Shown piece after piece: positions 21,684 through 31,398 of a DNA stretch of 64,000 nt. The translations under genes were made by a program, and so were the position numbers. The stretch comes from Candidatus Eiseniibacteriota bacterium (lineage in GTDB: Bacteria > Eisenbacteria > RBG-16-71-46): assembly GCA_031370785.1 (NCBI GenBank), contig JANMQY010000079.1, forward strand, positions 19,901 through 83,900. The letters run 5' to 3'. The notes under the pieces are model-generated. The model was not told where the DNA came from and made no database searches. It worked only from the letters and a program-made list of their open reading frames with translations. Each line of letters begins with the position of its first letter. Position 1 is the first letter of the stretch.

Positions 21684-22547
21684 TCAGCCGAAGCGCCCGG
21701 TGATGTATTCCTCGGTGAGCTTCTGGCGCGGGCGCGTGAACAGCTCCCGCGTATTGCCCACCTCGATCAGCTCTCCCGACAGCATGAACGCGGTCCGATC
21801 CGAGATGCGCGCGGCCTGCTGCATGTTGTGGGTCACGACCACGATCGTGTAGCGCGATTTGAGATCCAGCACCAGCTCTTCGATGCGTGCGGTTGCGGTC
21901 GGGTCGAGCGCGGAGGCCGGCTCGTCCATCAGCAGGACCTCGGGCTCGACCGCGAGCGCGCGCGCGATGCACATGCGCTGCTGCTGCCCGCCCGACAGCT
22001 GGAGCGCGGAGCGGCCGAGCCGGTCGCGCACCTCGTCCCACAGCGCCGCGCGGCGCAGGCTGTTCTCGACGTGCGACTCGAGCTCGCCACGGTCGCGAAT
22101 CCCGAGCAGCCGAAGTCCGAAGGCCACGTTGTCGAAGATGCTTCGCGGAAAGGGATTGGGGCGCTGGAACACCATGCCGACGCGACGCCTGAGCTCGACC
22201 GTGTCGGTCGATGGTGCGTAGACATCGATCTCGGACACCCGGATCTCGCCCGTGACGCGCACGCTGGGAATCAGATCGTTCATCCGGTTGAATGCGCGCA
22301 GCAGCGTACTCTTGCCGCATCCCGACGGGCCGATGATCGCGGTGACCCCCCGCTCCGGAACGTCGAGGGATACCGACTTGAGCGCCTGGTGGTTTCCGTA
22401 CCACAGGTTGAAGTCGCGCGTGCAGATGCGCGGCTCCACGACGCGCCCGCTCTCGGCATCGCGCGCCGGGTCCGGGTTGCGAGGCGCGGATCCGGCGGCG
22501 ATCTCCGGAAGGATCGTCCGGATCGTGGGAGGAGCTTCCAGAGACAC
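21684..22547 (-). CDS. pstB: phosphate ABC transporter ATP-binding protein
   Basis: [71 protein letters not shown] and [13 protein letters not shown]. The GTG start is 2 nt after the pstA stop. Confidence 0.95.
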   Translation of the reverse strand: MSLEAPPTIRTILPEIAAGSAPRNPDPARDAESGRVVEPRICTRDFNLWYGNHQALKSVSLDVPERGVTAIIGPSGCGKSTLLRAFNRMNDLIPSVRVTGEIRVSEIDVYAPSTDTVELRRRVGMVFQRPNPFPRSIFDNVAFGLRLLGIRDRGELESHVENSLRRAALWDEVRDRLGRSALQLSGGQQQRMCIARALAVEPEVLLMDEPASALDPTATARIEELVLDLKSRYTIVVVTHNMQQAARISDRTAFMLSGELIEVGNTRELFTRPRQKLTEEYITGRFG

Positions 22548-22549
22548 CC

Positions 22550-23434
22550 CTAGTTTCTCCCGGGCAATCGCCGCAAGGTCAGTCGCAGGATGCCGGACAT
22601 CAACGTGACGAGCAGGAGCAGCACGAGCGCTCCGGTCCAGGCCTGGCGGTTCCAGTCCTCGTAGGGCGCCTTGGCGTAATCGTAGATCATGACGGGAAGC
22701 GAGGCGATTGGCTGGTCCAGGCGAATCGACCAGAACCGGTTGCCGAGCGCGGTGAACAGCAGCGGCGCGGTCTCCCCGGCGGCGCGCGACAGCGCGAGCA
22801 GGCTCGCGGTCACGATGCCGGCCGAGGCCGACGGGATCACCACCGACTGGATCGCGCGCCAGCGCGGCGCTCCCAGCGCGAGCGCGGCCTCGGTGTAGGA
22901 GCGCGGCACGAGGCGCACCACTTCCTCGGTCGAGCGCACGATGGTCGGCAGCATCAGGATGGCGAGCGCGACGCCGCCAGCCAGGGCCGAGAACCGGCCC
23001 ATCGGCAGCACCACCAGCCCGTAGGCCGCGACCCCGACCACGATCGACGGCACGCCGGCGAGAACATCGGCGGTGTAGCGCACGATCATTCCCAGTCGGC
23101 CTCCGCCATACGTCGCGAGCCACACGCCGGCGCCGACTCCGACCGGCACCGCGATCAGGCCGCCGAGCCCGGTCACGATCAGCGTCCCGATGATCGCGTT
23201 GGCCATGCCGCCGCCCGGCTCTCCGACCGGCTTGGGCAGATTGAAGAAGAACGAAGGGCGAAGCGCAGGCAGACCCTTCGCGAGCAGGTGCCACACGATG
23301 AAGGCGAGCGGCAGCACCACCAGCGCGGCCGCGATCCAGCACGCCGCAAGGAGCGAGGCGTTGTGAATCAGCCGCAACCTCGAGGGGCCGCGCCCGGCCG
23401 AACGGGCCAGCGCGTCAGGCCGTGCCGGCGACAT
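22550..23434 (-). CDS. pstA: phosphate ABC transporter permease PstA
   Basis: 294 aa, polytopic, with an EAA-loop region ([22 protein letters not shown]). Position is canonical between pstC and pstB. Confidence 0.9.
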   Translation of the reverse strand: MSPARPDALARSAGRGPSRLRLIHNASLLAACWIAAALVVLPLAFIVWHLLAKGLPALRPSFFFNLPKPVGEPGGGMANAIIGTLIVTGLGGLIAVPVGVGAGVWLATYGGGRLGMIVRYTADVLAGVPSIVVGVAAYGLVVLPMGRFSALAGGVALAILMLPTIVRSTEEVVRLVPRSYTEAALALGAPRWRAIQSVVIPSASAGIVTASLLALSRAAGETAPLLFTALGNRFWSIRLDQPIASLPVMIYDYAKAPYEDWNRQAWTGALVLLLLVTLMSGILRLTLRRLPGRN

Positions 23435-24410
23435 CGCGTCTTCCTCCGGTCGCGAGGTGGACGAGCAGGCGCGCCCCGGCGTTGACCACCAGCGTCAGCG
23501 CGAACAGCACCAGCGCCACCTCGATCAGCGCGGAAAGGTAGAGAGCGCCGGTCGCCTCGGTGAACTCGTTGGCGATCACGCTCGCCATGGTCGAGCCGGG
23601 CGCGAGCAACGAGGCCGAGATGCGATTGGTGTTCCCGATCACCATGGTCACCGCCATGGTTTCCCCGAGCGCGCGCCCGAGCGCAAGGATCACCGCGCCG
23701 AGGATTCCCGGCCTCGCGGCGTCGACCGCGACCGCGATCGCCTCGGCGCGGGTCGAGCCGAGCGCCAGCGCCGCTTCACGCAGCGAACGCGGCGTCGCGA
23801 GCAGGATCTCTCGCGAGATCGAGACCACCGTCGGCAGCACCATGATGGCGAGCACGATGCCCGCGTTGAGAACGCCGATGCCGAAGGGGGGACCCGTGAA
23901 CAGCGGCATGAACCCGAGGTGCTGGATCAGCCACGGCTCGACGGCGGTGCGCAGGACGGGCGCGAGCACGAACAGTCCCCACAGCCCGTACACGATGCTC
24001 GGGATCGAGGCGAGCAGATCGACCACGAACGCGACGGCTTCGCCGACCCGGGGCGGCGCCAGCTCGGAGAGGAACACCGCGGCCCCGATCCCGAGCGGCA
24101 CCGCGAGCAGCATCGCGATCGCCGAGGTCACCAGCGTGCCGTACACGTAGGGCAGCGCGCCGAACTTCTCCGCGACCGGATCCCAGGTGGTGGAGGTGAA
24201 GAACTGCCACCCGAAGGTGCGCAACGAGAGCTGCGCGCCCCGAGTGGACTCGAACACGATCAGCGCGGCGACCAGGAACACGAACAGGGCGCACGCGCCG
24301 AGCAGCCCCTGGTATGCGGTGTCGGCATGTGCCCAGGGCTTCGCCCGTGCGATCGGTCGGGTGAGCACCGGCAGATGGCTCGCGCCGGCCGTTCCGGTTC
24401 GGGAGGTCAC
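23415..24410 (-). CDS. pstC: phosphate ABC transporter permease PstC
   Basis: 331 aa, with FFTSTTWDPVAEKFGALPYVYGTLVTS and REAALALGSTRAEAI. It overlaps pstA by 20 nt. Confidence 0.9.
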   Translation of the reverse strand: MTSRTGTAGASHLPVLTRPIARAKPWAHADTAYQGLLGACALFVFLVAALIVFESTRGAQLSLRTFGWQFFTSTTWDPVAEKFGALPYVYGTLVTSAIAMLLAVPLGIGAAVFLSELAPPRVGEAVAFVVDLLASIPSIVYGLWGLFVLAPVLRTAVEPWLIQHLGFMPLFTGPPFGIGVLNAGIVLAIMVLPTVVSISREILLATPRSLREAALALGSTRAEAIAVAVDAARPGILGAVILALGRALGETMAVTMVIGNTNRISASLLAPGSTMASVIANEFTEATGALYLSALIEVALVLFALTLVVNAGARLLVHLATGGRRDVAGTA

Positions 24411-24426
24411 CGGCTGTCCCGGGCGC

Positions 24427-25488
24427 TCACTGCAGCACCGGCCTGCCGTTCGCGGTCAGCTTGAGCAGGTTCGCATCGTTGATCTTGATCACCGCCTCGG
24501 GCAGCCGGGCGTAGTCCAGCGCCTCGGCCATGCTCTGTCCGTCGTGCATCGCCCAGCGGATGAATTCCGCGAGCGTGCGCGCTTTCTTCCCGTCCTTCAG
24601 GTCCCTGTAGACGAGCAGATAGGTGAGCCCCGCGATGGGGTAGGCGTCCGGGCTCGCCGAGTTCACGATTGGTGCGCGTACGTCCTTCGCAAGCGCCGCC
24701 TCCGCGCCGGCGACGGCCGCGGTGGTCGAAGCCAGCGAGGGTTCGACGAACTTGCCCGCCTTGTTGCGCAGCGCCGCGATCGGAAGCTGGTTCTGCTTCG
24801 CATACGCCAGCTCCACGTAGCCGATCGCGCCCGGAGATTGCCGTATCAGGCCGGCCACGCCCTCGTTGCCCTTGCCGCCGACACCGGCCGGCCAGCTCAC
24901 CGAGGTGTTGGCGCCGACCAGCTCCTTCCACTCGGTGCTGACCGACGAGAGGTAGGTGGTGAAGATGTTCGTCGTGCCGCTGCCATCCGACCGGTGCACA
25001 GGCAGGATCGGCACCGGAGGCAGCGCGACGCCGGGGTTGGCGGCGGCGATCGCCTTGTCGTTCCACACCGTGATCCGGCCGAGAGAGATTCCGGTCAGGG
25101 CCTCGGGCGTGAGCTGGAGCCGGCCCTTGAAGTCGGGAAGGTTGTAGGCGATCGCGACCGCCCCGGCGACGGTCGGGAAATGGATGATCGGGCGCGGCAG
25201 CTCGCGGAGCCGATCGTCCGAGAGCGCCGCGTCGCTGGCCCCGAAATCGACGGTGCCGGCCTTCACCTGCTGGATGCCCGCGCCGCTGCCGATCGACTGA
25301 TAGTTGATGCCCACCCCGGTCTTCTTCTGGTACGTGTCGAACCACTTCGAGTAGATGGGATAGGGAAAGGTCGCGCCTGCCCCGGTCAGATTCTGCGCCC
25401 GCGCACAACTGGCCGGACCGAGCGCCGCCAGCGCCAGGCCGAGGAGCGCCGCGACTCCGGTCACCTGTCGCTTCAATGTGCTTCTCAT
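24427..25488 (-). CDS. pstS: phosphate-binding protein PstS
   Basis: The start is trimmed to ATG 25488 (MRSTLKRQVTGVAALLGLALAALGPASCARA signal peptide). Contains GAGATFPYPIYSKWFDTYQKKTGVGINYQSIGSGAGI and FGASDAALS. Confidence 0.93.
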   Translation of the reverse strand: MRSTLKRQVTGVAALLGLALAALGPASCARAQNLTGAGATFPYPIYSKWFDTYQKKTGVGINYQSIGSGAGIQQVKAGTVDFGASDAALSDDRLRELPRPIIHFPTVAGAVAIAYNLPDFKGRLQLTPEALTGISLGRITVWNDKAIAAANPGVALPPVPILPVHRSDGSGTTNIFTTYLSSVSTEWKELVGANTSVSWPAGVGGKGNEGVAGLIRQSPGAIGYVELAYAKQNQLPIAALRNKAGKFVEPSLASTTAAVAGAEAALAKDVRAPIVNSASPDAYPIAGLTYLLVYRDLKDGKKARTLAEFIRWAMHDGQSMAEALDYARLPEAVIKINDANLLKLTANGRPVLQ

Positions 25489-25511
25489 GGGTCTGGCCCT
25501 TTCGTTGAGTT

Positions 25512-26717
25512 TCACGACTGCGGCCTGCTGAACCGGTAGAACAGAGTGATGCGGGCCTGCAGGTCGTGGTGAGCGGGGGCGACCGCCGTGCCCTTCGCCA
25601 GATACTGAGTGGCCTCGACGTTGGGAATGACGTGGACGTCCTTGAACGGCTGCCAGTCGACACCCGCGATCCACAGCTGCGAATCCACGCGATTGCTCGC
25701 GCGACGATTTGGAATCCACTGGTCGAAGCGCGCCAGCAGCACGACCGTGGAGCTTAACGTCGCGCGGGCAAAACACGAGTACCCGCGCGGCTCCTCGGTC
25801 GGGGCCGGACCCTTTCGATTCAGCCGGTCGAGCGCCTCGAAACCGATCGCGACGCGCCTGAATTCATATCCCGCGAAGATCTTCCAGGTGGTCTGGTCGT
25901 TGTTGATCGCCGCGCTCTCGGGCTGGACCGGCTGCGCTCGGTCGAGGTTCACCCGCACGCCCTGATAGTCCGCGTACGGCTCGATGCGCAGAGCGCCCAC
26001 ACGCAGCGGCAGCGCGAAGTAGAGCTTCTTGAACCGATCGGTCTCCGGTTTCTGGCCGGTGCCATCGCCGATCGCGGCGATGTAGCCGACATGGTGATCC
26101 GGGTCGGCGAATCCCTTGAGCTCGAGGGCGAGGTCGGTCGCATTGCCGATCGAGCGGAAGTCGCCAATCGTCTTCTCGACCGCGCGGTATTGCCAGAAAT
26201 CCTCGGAGTTCTCCCACGTTGGAGTGACGATCATGCCGACGTACAGATCGGTGCGCGGCAGGACGCCCTTGGCCTGAAGGTAGGCCGAGCGCAGGGCGAC
26301 TCCGATCTTTCCGTCCGAGGTCAGGGACTTGCTGTCGGCTTCGAGTCGAAAGCGCGTGGCGAGGCGGACCGAAAGATCGTTGTCGAGCTGGAAGTAGACG
26401 CGGCGGATCTGAACGCCGTTCAATCCCTGGGTGATCGGTTTCTTTCCGTCGATGTTGGTCTGACCCAGGTCCGCGCCGTTCACGTCGTAGACGTGGCTGG
26501 GGTCACCGGAGAGATTGCCGTAGAGGTCACCGAACACCAGGCCGCTGATCCGTCCGCGCGGGAAGTCGGGGGGGGTCTGCGGAACCACGATCGCGATCGG
26601 GATCGGCGGCGGGGTCGAGGCGCTATCCGGCGAGGTCGAGCCGGTCGCGGACATCTGTGCGGAGCAGGGGACCGCAACGGTCAGCGCTGCGGCAATGAAC
26701 CAGGCGCGTCCTGTCAT
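25512..26717 (-). CDS. outer-membrane porin, putatively phosphate-selective (by context)
   Basis: The start is trimmed to ATG 26717 (AAGGAG RBS). Signal peptide MTGRAWFIAAALTVAVPCSA. About 400 aa with beta-rich composition. It sits directly upstream of pstS in the same orientation, with a Pho-box-like repeat in its promoter region. The family assignment is not verifiable by eye. Confidence 0.55.
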   Translation of the reverse strand: MTGRAWFIAAALTVAVPCSAQMSATGSTSPDSASTPPPIPIAIVVPQTPPDFPRGRISGLVFGDLYGNLSGDPSHVYDVNGADLGQTNIDGKKPITQGLNGVQIRRVYFQLDNDLSVRLATRFRLEADSKSLTSDGKIGVALRSAYLQAKGVLPRTDLYVGMIVTPTWENSEDFWQYRAVEKTIGDFRSIGNATDLALELKGFADPDHHVGYIAAIGDGTGQKPETDRFKKLYFALPLRVGALRIEPYADYQGVRVNLDRAQPVQPESAAINNDQTTWKIFAGYEFRRVAIGFEALDRLNRKGPAPTEEPRGYSCFARATLSSTVVLLARFDQWIPNRRASNRVDSQLWIAGVDWQPFKDVHVIPNVEATQYLAKGTAVAPAHHDLQARITLFYRFSRPQS

Positions 26718-26790
26718 GGCGCTCCTTTCGGGATGGAGTGTCGCTGCAACTGGAGTTTCGAGGGGTTCCACTTCGGCCGCCGCATGTCCC

Positions 26791-26830
26791 GGTAAAAGAA
26801 CACGGCGGGAGTTACGGCAGCGTTACGGCC
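26791..26830 (-). promoter_or_regulatory. phased triple direct repeat, Pho-box candidate A (promoter of porin-pst operon)
   Basis: The minus strand reads GGCCGTAACGCTGCCGTAACTCCCGCCGTGTTCTTTTACC. CGT units start at 26827, 26816 and 26804 (spacing 11 and 12 nt). The element lies 75-115 nt upstream of the porin ATG. Confidence 0.5.
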
Positions 26831-26904
26831 GGATGAAATGCATGGAACGGCCGACAAGGCGCAGGGAATTCCACGGGGAGTCCGTCTGCCAGCGCCTCAG
26901 AGCC

Positions 26905-27246
26905 TCATTCTTCGTCGGTCCGGGCGCGTTCGCGTTTCCGGCGCGCGGCAACCCGCTTGGCGGCGAGGCGCGCCTCGACCGCGGAGCGGCTCGGCCGGGT
27001 CGCGTGACGTGGCTTGGGCTTGTGGGCGCGGCGCTGGATCTCGGCCCACACCCTTTCGAGTGCGGCTTCACGGTTGCGCAGCTGCGAGCGGCTCTCGGTG
27101 GCGATGCGGGTGATTCCGGTCGGGCGATGGCGCACGCGCACGCTCGACTCGGTCTTGTTCTTCTTCTGTCCGCCCGGCCCCGACGATTTGTAGGCAACGA
27201 CATCGCAGTCGCGGGCCAGGCGCTCGAGATGTTCCGGCAACGCCAT
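26905..27246 (-). CDS. arfB: peptidyl-tRNA hydrolase ArfB-like (RF-1 domain, GGQ motif)
   Basis: 113 aa. Contains SSGPGGQKKNKTESSVRVRH, SRSQLRNREAALERV and a basic C-terminal tail RPSRSAVEARLAAKRVAARRKRERAR. Confidence 0.7.
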   Translation of the reverse strand: MALPEHLERLARDCDVVAYKSSGPGGQKKNKTESSVRVRHRPTGITRIATESRSQLRNREAALERVWAEIQRRAHKPKPRHATRPSRSAVEARLAAKRVAARRKRERARTDEE

Positions 27247-27555
27247 GGCCGCATGCTAGCGCAGGAGCGGCCGCGTTTCGCTGCCGTTTGGTGAGCGTTT
27301 ACTTCCCGCCATGCCCGGCGAATGACCTATTGCATCGAAGGTGCGAACTCGGGGATCATCGTGCGGTCGCCAAGCCGGCCCGGGTCTCACACCTCGGACC
27401 GGAGGCATGGCACGCGCGGGACGCGCGCCATCAGCCCCACAGGAAATCGAAGCGCGTCATCGTGCCATCGCAACCTGCCACGCCGGCGCGCCTCTTGGAG
27501 ATCCACCATCCCCCGTTCCTCCTGCCCCGCATCGGGCCCGGCATTCGCACGCCGC

Positions 27556-29772
27556 GTGGCCCGGATCTTCGCGATTGCCGTTTTTGGAGCACTCACGCTG
27601 TTCGGTAGCCCACGCGCGGGTAATCGCATCTGGACGGGCGTCGCGCCGCGGGCCCGGAGCATCGAGGCAATCGCGCGCGATCCTCTGAACCCTTCTCGCA
27701 TGTGGGTCGCCTCGTTCGGAGCCGGCGTGTACCGGTCGCTGGACGGGGGGGTGACCTGGAAGGCATATCGCTCGGGCCTGATCAACACCTTCGTGCGCTG
27801 TCTCGCAGTTCAGCCCCTGCATCCGGATTCGGTTCTGTGCGGCACTAACGACGGCGTGTTCCTCAGCGTGGACGGTGGCGTGACGTGGAAGGCTCTGCTC
27901 TCGACGACTCGATCGGTGCGCTCGCTCGCCATTCATCCGGTGCGGACCGGCGTCGTCTATGCGGCGCTGTACGGCGGCGGCGTCTACAAGTCGCTGAACG
28001 CGGGCGCGAGCTGGAGCGCGATCAACCTGGGCCTGGTCAACACCAACGTGCGTGACATCGCGATCTATCCGACGCGGCCCGAGACCCTGCTGGCTGCGAC
28101 CGGGACCGGCGGCGGAATTCATCGGAGCTTCAACGGTGGCTTGAGCTGGGCCCAGGTGCCGGACACTACGGCAACTCGGGGCGCGGCGGAGCAGGTGCAG
28201 TTCGACGCGCTCGACCCCTCGCGAATCTATGTCGCCGAGCTGGACCGCGGCGTGCTGCGCAGCACCGACGGCGGCACCAACTGGGGGCGCATCAACGGTG
28301 GCCTGTCGTCGTTCCGGGGACGATCGCTGGCGGTGGTGGACACGCTGCGCTGGTTCGGCACCGACGGCGCCGGCGTTTTCGTGACCTCGCTCAACGATAC
28401 GATGTGGCACCCCGTCGACATCGGGCCGACCGGCCGGGTCGTGGATGCGCTGTGGTCCTCGGCCGCGGAACCGTCCACCGCCCTCGCGGGTACTGACGGA
28501 GACGGGATGTTCCTCACTTCCGACCGCGGAGCGTCGTGGATCCCGGTAGACGGCGGCCTGATGTCCACTCAGGCGTTTTCACTCGCGGTGCGCCCATCCA
28601 CTCATGTCGTCTATGCCGGCACCGGCTTCGGCGATCAGTTCTGGCGGAGCGCGGACGTCGGCGCGTCGTGGACGCGCGCCACGCGATTGGTCACGAACAA
28701 TTCGGAACATGGTGTCGCACCGGATCCGCTGCTGGCCGGTCGAGTGTATCTGTCGGCGTATGGCTCGGGGGTGTACCGCAGTGATGACGATGGCGCGACC
28801 TGGCTGAATCCCGACAGCCTGAACGCAACGCTCACCAACCGGTTCGTCCGCCCGCTGCTGGTCTGGCCGGGCCAGAGCGAGCACCTGTTCGTCGGCACCG
28901 GCATCGGACCATTCGAGAGCACGGACGGAGGCGCGCAATGGGCTTCACGCGTCGGGAACCTGCCGGCGGGCTTCGGCGTGCACTCAATGGCGCTGGTGCC
29001 GGGGGTGCCGGCCACGTTGTATGTGGGGAACGACAGCGCCGGCGTCTACCGCTCGAACGATGGCGGCACGACCTGGAATCAAAAATCGGCCGGGCTGCTC
29101 TCGCCATTCGTTCGCGCCATCGTAGTGGACGCCGTCGATCCGCTCCGGGTATACGTCGCGACCGACTCGGGAGTATTTCGCAGCGTCGATGGGGGTAACG
29201 CGTGGGTCGCGGCGCGCGCCGGGCTCCCCGCGGGGCTGGTGGTGCGGGCGCTGGTGCAGGATCCGGCGCACGGAGCGCTATTCTGCGGCGTCTATGGAGG
29301 CGGAGTGTTCGAGAGCGTCGATGGTGCCGGCACCTGGCTGCCGGTCTTCGGGCAGCAGGGGCTCAGTGATCTGCACGTACGCGCGCTTGCGGTGGACACC
29401 GGCCAGCGCGCCCTCTATGCCGGCACCGAGAACGGTGTCGCCTCGGTGACCTTCTACGACGCCCTCGACGTGCCGCGGCCGGTTGCGGGATCCAGGCTTA
29501 GCCTTTCGGCCTCGCCCAACCCTTCGTCCGGGTCCGGACCCGAGCTGCGCTTCGCAATGGCACGTGCCGGCTCCGCGCAGCTTTCGATCTACGACACGGC
29601 CGGGCGCCGGGTGCGGGTGCTCGCCGACGCGTGGCTCGAAGCCGGGGAGCACGAGGCGCGCTGGGACGGCCGGGACGCCCGCGGCTTTCCCGCGCCGGCC
29701 GGTCTCTATTTCGCGCGGCTGGTCGTACCCGACGGAGTCCGTGTCGTGCGTCTCGCGCGCCTCATGAGGTGA
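27556..29772 (+). CDS. secreted BNR/Asp-box repeat protein with FlgD-Ig/T9SS-like C-terminal domain
   Basis: GTG 27556 gives the signal peptide (V)ARIFAIAVFGALTLFGSPRA. There are at least 12 SxDxGxTW-type repeats (SLDGGVTWKA, SVDGGVTWKAL, STDGGTNWGRI, SNDGGTTWNQK, and others). The C-terminus is LSASPNPSSGSGPELRFAMARAGSAQLSIYDTAGRRVRVL...GLYFARL. The ORF-track start 27322 adds a non-protein-like extension. Confidence 0.75.
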   Translation: MARIFAIAVFGALTLFGSPRAGNRIWTGVAPRARSIEAIARDPLNPSRMWVASFGAGVYRSLDGGVTWKAYRSGLINTFVRCLAVQPLHPDSVLCGTNDGVFLSVDGGVTWKALLSTTRSVRSLAIHPVRTGVVYAALYGGGVYKSLNAGASWSAINLGLVNTNVRDIAIYPTRPETLLAATGTGGGIHRSFNGGLSWAQVPDTTATRGAAEQVQFDALDPSRIYVAELDRGVLRSTDGGTNWGRINGGLSSFRGRSLAVVDTLRWFGTDGAGVFVTSLNDTMWHPVDIGPTGRVVDALWSSAAEPSTALAGTDGDGMFLTSDRGASWIPVDGGLMSTQAFSLAVRPSTHVVYAGTGFGDQFWRSADVGASWTRATRLVTNNSEHGVAPDPLLAGRVYLSAYGSGVYRSDDDGATWLNPDSLNATLTNRFVRPLLVWPGQSEHLFVGTGIGPFESTDGGAQWASRVGNLPAGFGVHSMALVPGVPATLYVGNDSAGVYRSNDGGTTWNQKSAGLLSPFVRAIVVDAVDPLRVYVATDSGVFRSVDGGNAWVAARAGLPAGLVVRALVQDPAHGALFCGVYGGGVFESVDGAGTWLPVFGQQGLSDLHVRALAVDTGQRALYAGTENGVASVTFYDALDVPRPVAGSRLSLSASPNPSSGSGPELRFAMARAGSAQLSIYDTAGRRVRVLADAWLEAGEHEARWDGRDARGFPAPAGLYFARLVVPDGVRVVRLARLMR

Positions 29773-30956
29773 TGCGGGGCATGCTCGTTCCGGGATTTCT
29801 GACGCTCGGCCTCGTGGCGTACGGCCTGTGGGAGTCGCGCTCCCACGCGGCCATGCTGTCCCGCATTCCGACCCGCGTCCACGTCAACGGCACGCGCGGA
29901 AAGTCCTCGGTGACCCGGCTCATCGCCGGTGGATTGCGCATGGGTGGCGTGAGGACTTTCGCCAAGACCACCGGCACCATGGCGCGCATGATTCGTCCCG
30001 ACGGCGCAGAGGTGGACGTGTATCGAGTCGGCCGGCCCAACATCATCGAGCAGACACGCATCATACGCCGCGCGGTGGAAGCGGACACCCACGCGCTGGT
30101 CGTCGAGTGCATGGCGGTCTCACCCGAGCTACAACCGCTCTCCGAGCTGCGGCTGATCCGCAGCACGGTCGGCGTCATCACTAATTGCCGCGCCGACCAC
30201 CTTGACGTGATGGGACCGACCACCGACGACGTCGCGCGGGCGCTGGCGCAGACCTGCCCGCTGCGTGGACACCTGTTCACCGCGGAGCGCGATCGCGCGT
30301 GGATCCTCGAATCGGTCGCGCGCGATCGCGGCACGGATCTGCACGTGATCGATTCTGCGGACGTCACGCCCGCCGAGATGGCGTCTTTCTCGTACATCGA
30401 GCATGCAGAGAACGTCGCGCTGGCCCTTGCGGTGTGCACGCACCTCGGGGTGTCGCGCGAGGCGGCGCTGGCGGGCATGCAGGTGGCGACTCCCGACCCG
30501 GGCGTGCTTCGCCGGTTCGTGGTTCACGTCGGGGGCAGAACGGTCGAATTCGTGAATGCGTTTGCCGCCAATGACCCGGACTCCACCCTGCTCATCTGGG
30601 AGCGCCTCGGACTCGAAGTGCCCCGCGCCGGAATCCAGCGAATCGTTCTGGCCCACTGCCGCCCCGATCGGATACAGCGCTCGGGCCAGATCGCGCAACT
30701 GGTCGCCACCCGACTGAAGTCGGATCACGTCGTGCTCTGCGGAGAGGATACCGATCTGGTGGCGTTTCACGCGGTCAAGGCGGGACTGCCGCGCGAGCGA
30801 ATCAGCAATCTCGGAGGGCGCGGCGCGGAAGCGGTGTATGAACATGTTCTCGATCTCGTGAAGGAGAAGGGCATCGTGGTCGGAATCGGCAATATCGTGG
30901 GACTGGGGGAGGAAATCGTGCTCCATTTCAGAAACCGGATGGTGCGTGGTGGTTGA
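29772..30956 (+). CDS. pgsB: poly-gamma-glutamate synthase PgsB/CapB
   Basis: MRGMLVPGFLTLGLVAYGLWE (N-terminal TM), RVHVNGTRGKSSVTRLIAGGLR (Mur-ligase-type P-loop) and VVECMAVSPELQ. The ATG overlaps the upstream stop (TGATG 29770-29774). Confidence 0.85.
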   Translation: MRGMLVPGFLTLGLVAYGLWESRSHAAMLSRIPTRVHVNGTRGKSSVTRLIAGGLRMGGVRTFAKTTGTMARMIRPDGAEVDVYRVGRPNIIEQTRIIRRAVEADTHALVVECMAVSPELQPLSELRLIRSTVGVITNCRADHLDVMGPTTDDVARALAQTCPLRGHLFTAERDRAWILESVARDRGTDLHVIDSADVTPAEMASFSYIEHAENVALALAVCTHLGVSREAALAGMQVATPDPGVLRRFVVHVGGRTVEFVNAFAANDPDSTLLIWERLGLEVPRAGIQRIVLAHCRPDRIQRSGQIAQLVATRLKSDHVVLCGEDTDLVAFHAVKAGLPRERISNLGGRGAEAVYEHVLDLVKEKGIVVGIGNIVGLGEEIVLHFRNRMVRGG

Positions 30957-31398
30957 ACAGGCGATCGGCCTCGGTCTGGTGATCAGCCTGATCTTCTCGG
31001 AGACTCTCGGACTGGCGGCCGGAGGCATGGTGGTGCCCGGATACCTCGCGCTCACCATCCACGAGCCGCTGCGCATCCTCGGCACCGTGCTGATCGCGCT
31101 GCTCACCTTCGGCGCGGTGAGGTTCCTGTCGCTCTATACGCTCATCTATGGGCGGCGACGCATCGTGGTCGCCGTGCTCATCGGATTCGTATTCGGCGCA
31201 CTGTCGCGCAACCTGCTGTTCTTCCGCTGGCACGAGACTCCCGTCGACATTCGCACCATCGGATACGTCATCCCCGGCCTGATCGCCAACTGGATGGAGC
31301 GCCAGGGCGTGCTACAGACCCTGTGCGTCATGACCACCACCGCGGTTCTGGTGCGCCTGCTGTTGATGCTGATCAACGGCGGAACCCTCATCCGATGA
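30946..31398 (+). CDS. pgsC: poly-gamma-glutamate biosynthesis membrane protein PgsC/CapC
   Basis: 150 aa, polytopic. LIFSETLGLAAGGMVVPGYLAL...YGRRRIVVAVLIG...IGYVIPGLIANWMERQG aligns by eye with Bacillus CapC. GTG start, with an 11-nt overlap with pgsB. Confidence 0.85.
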   Translation: MVVEQAIGLGLVISLIFSETLGLAAGGMVVPGYLALTIHEPLRILGTVLIALLTFGAVRFLSLYTLIYGRRRIVVAVLIGFVFGALSRNLLFFRWHETPVDIRTIGYVIPGLIANWMERQGVLQTLCVMTTTAVLVRLLLMLINGGTLIR

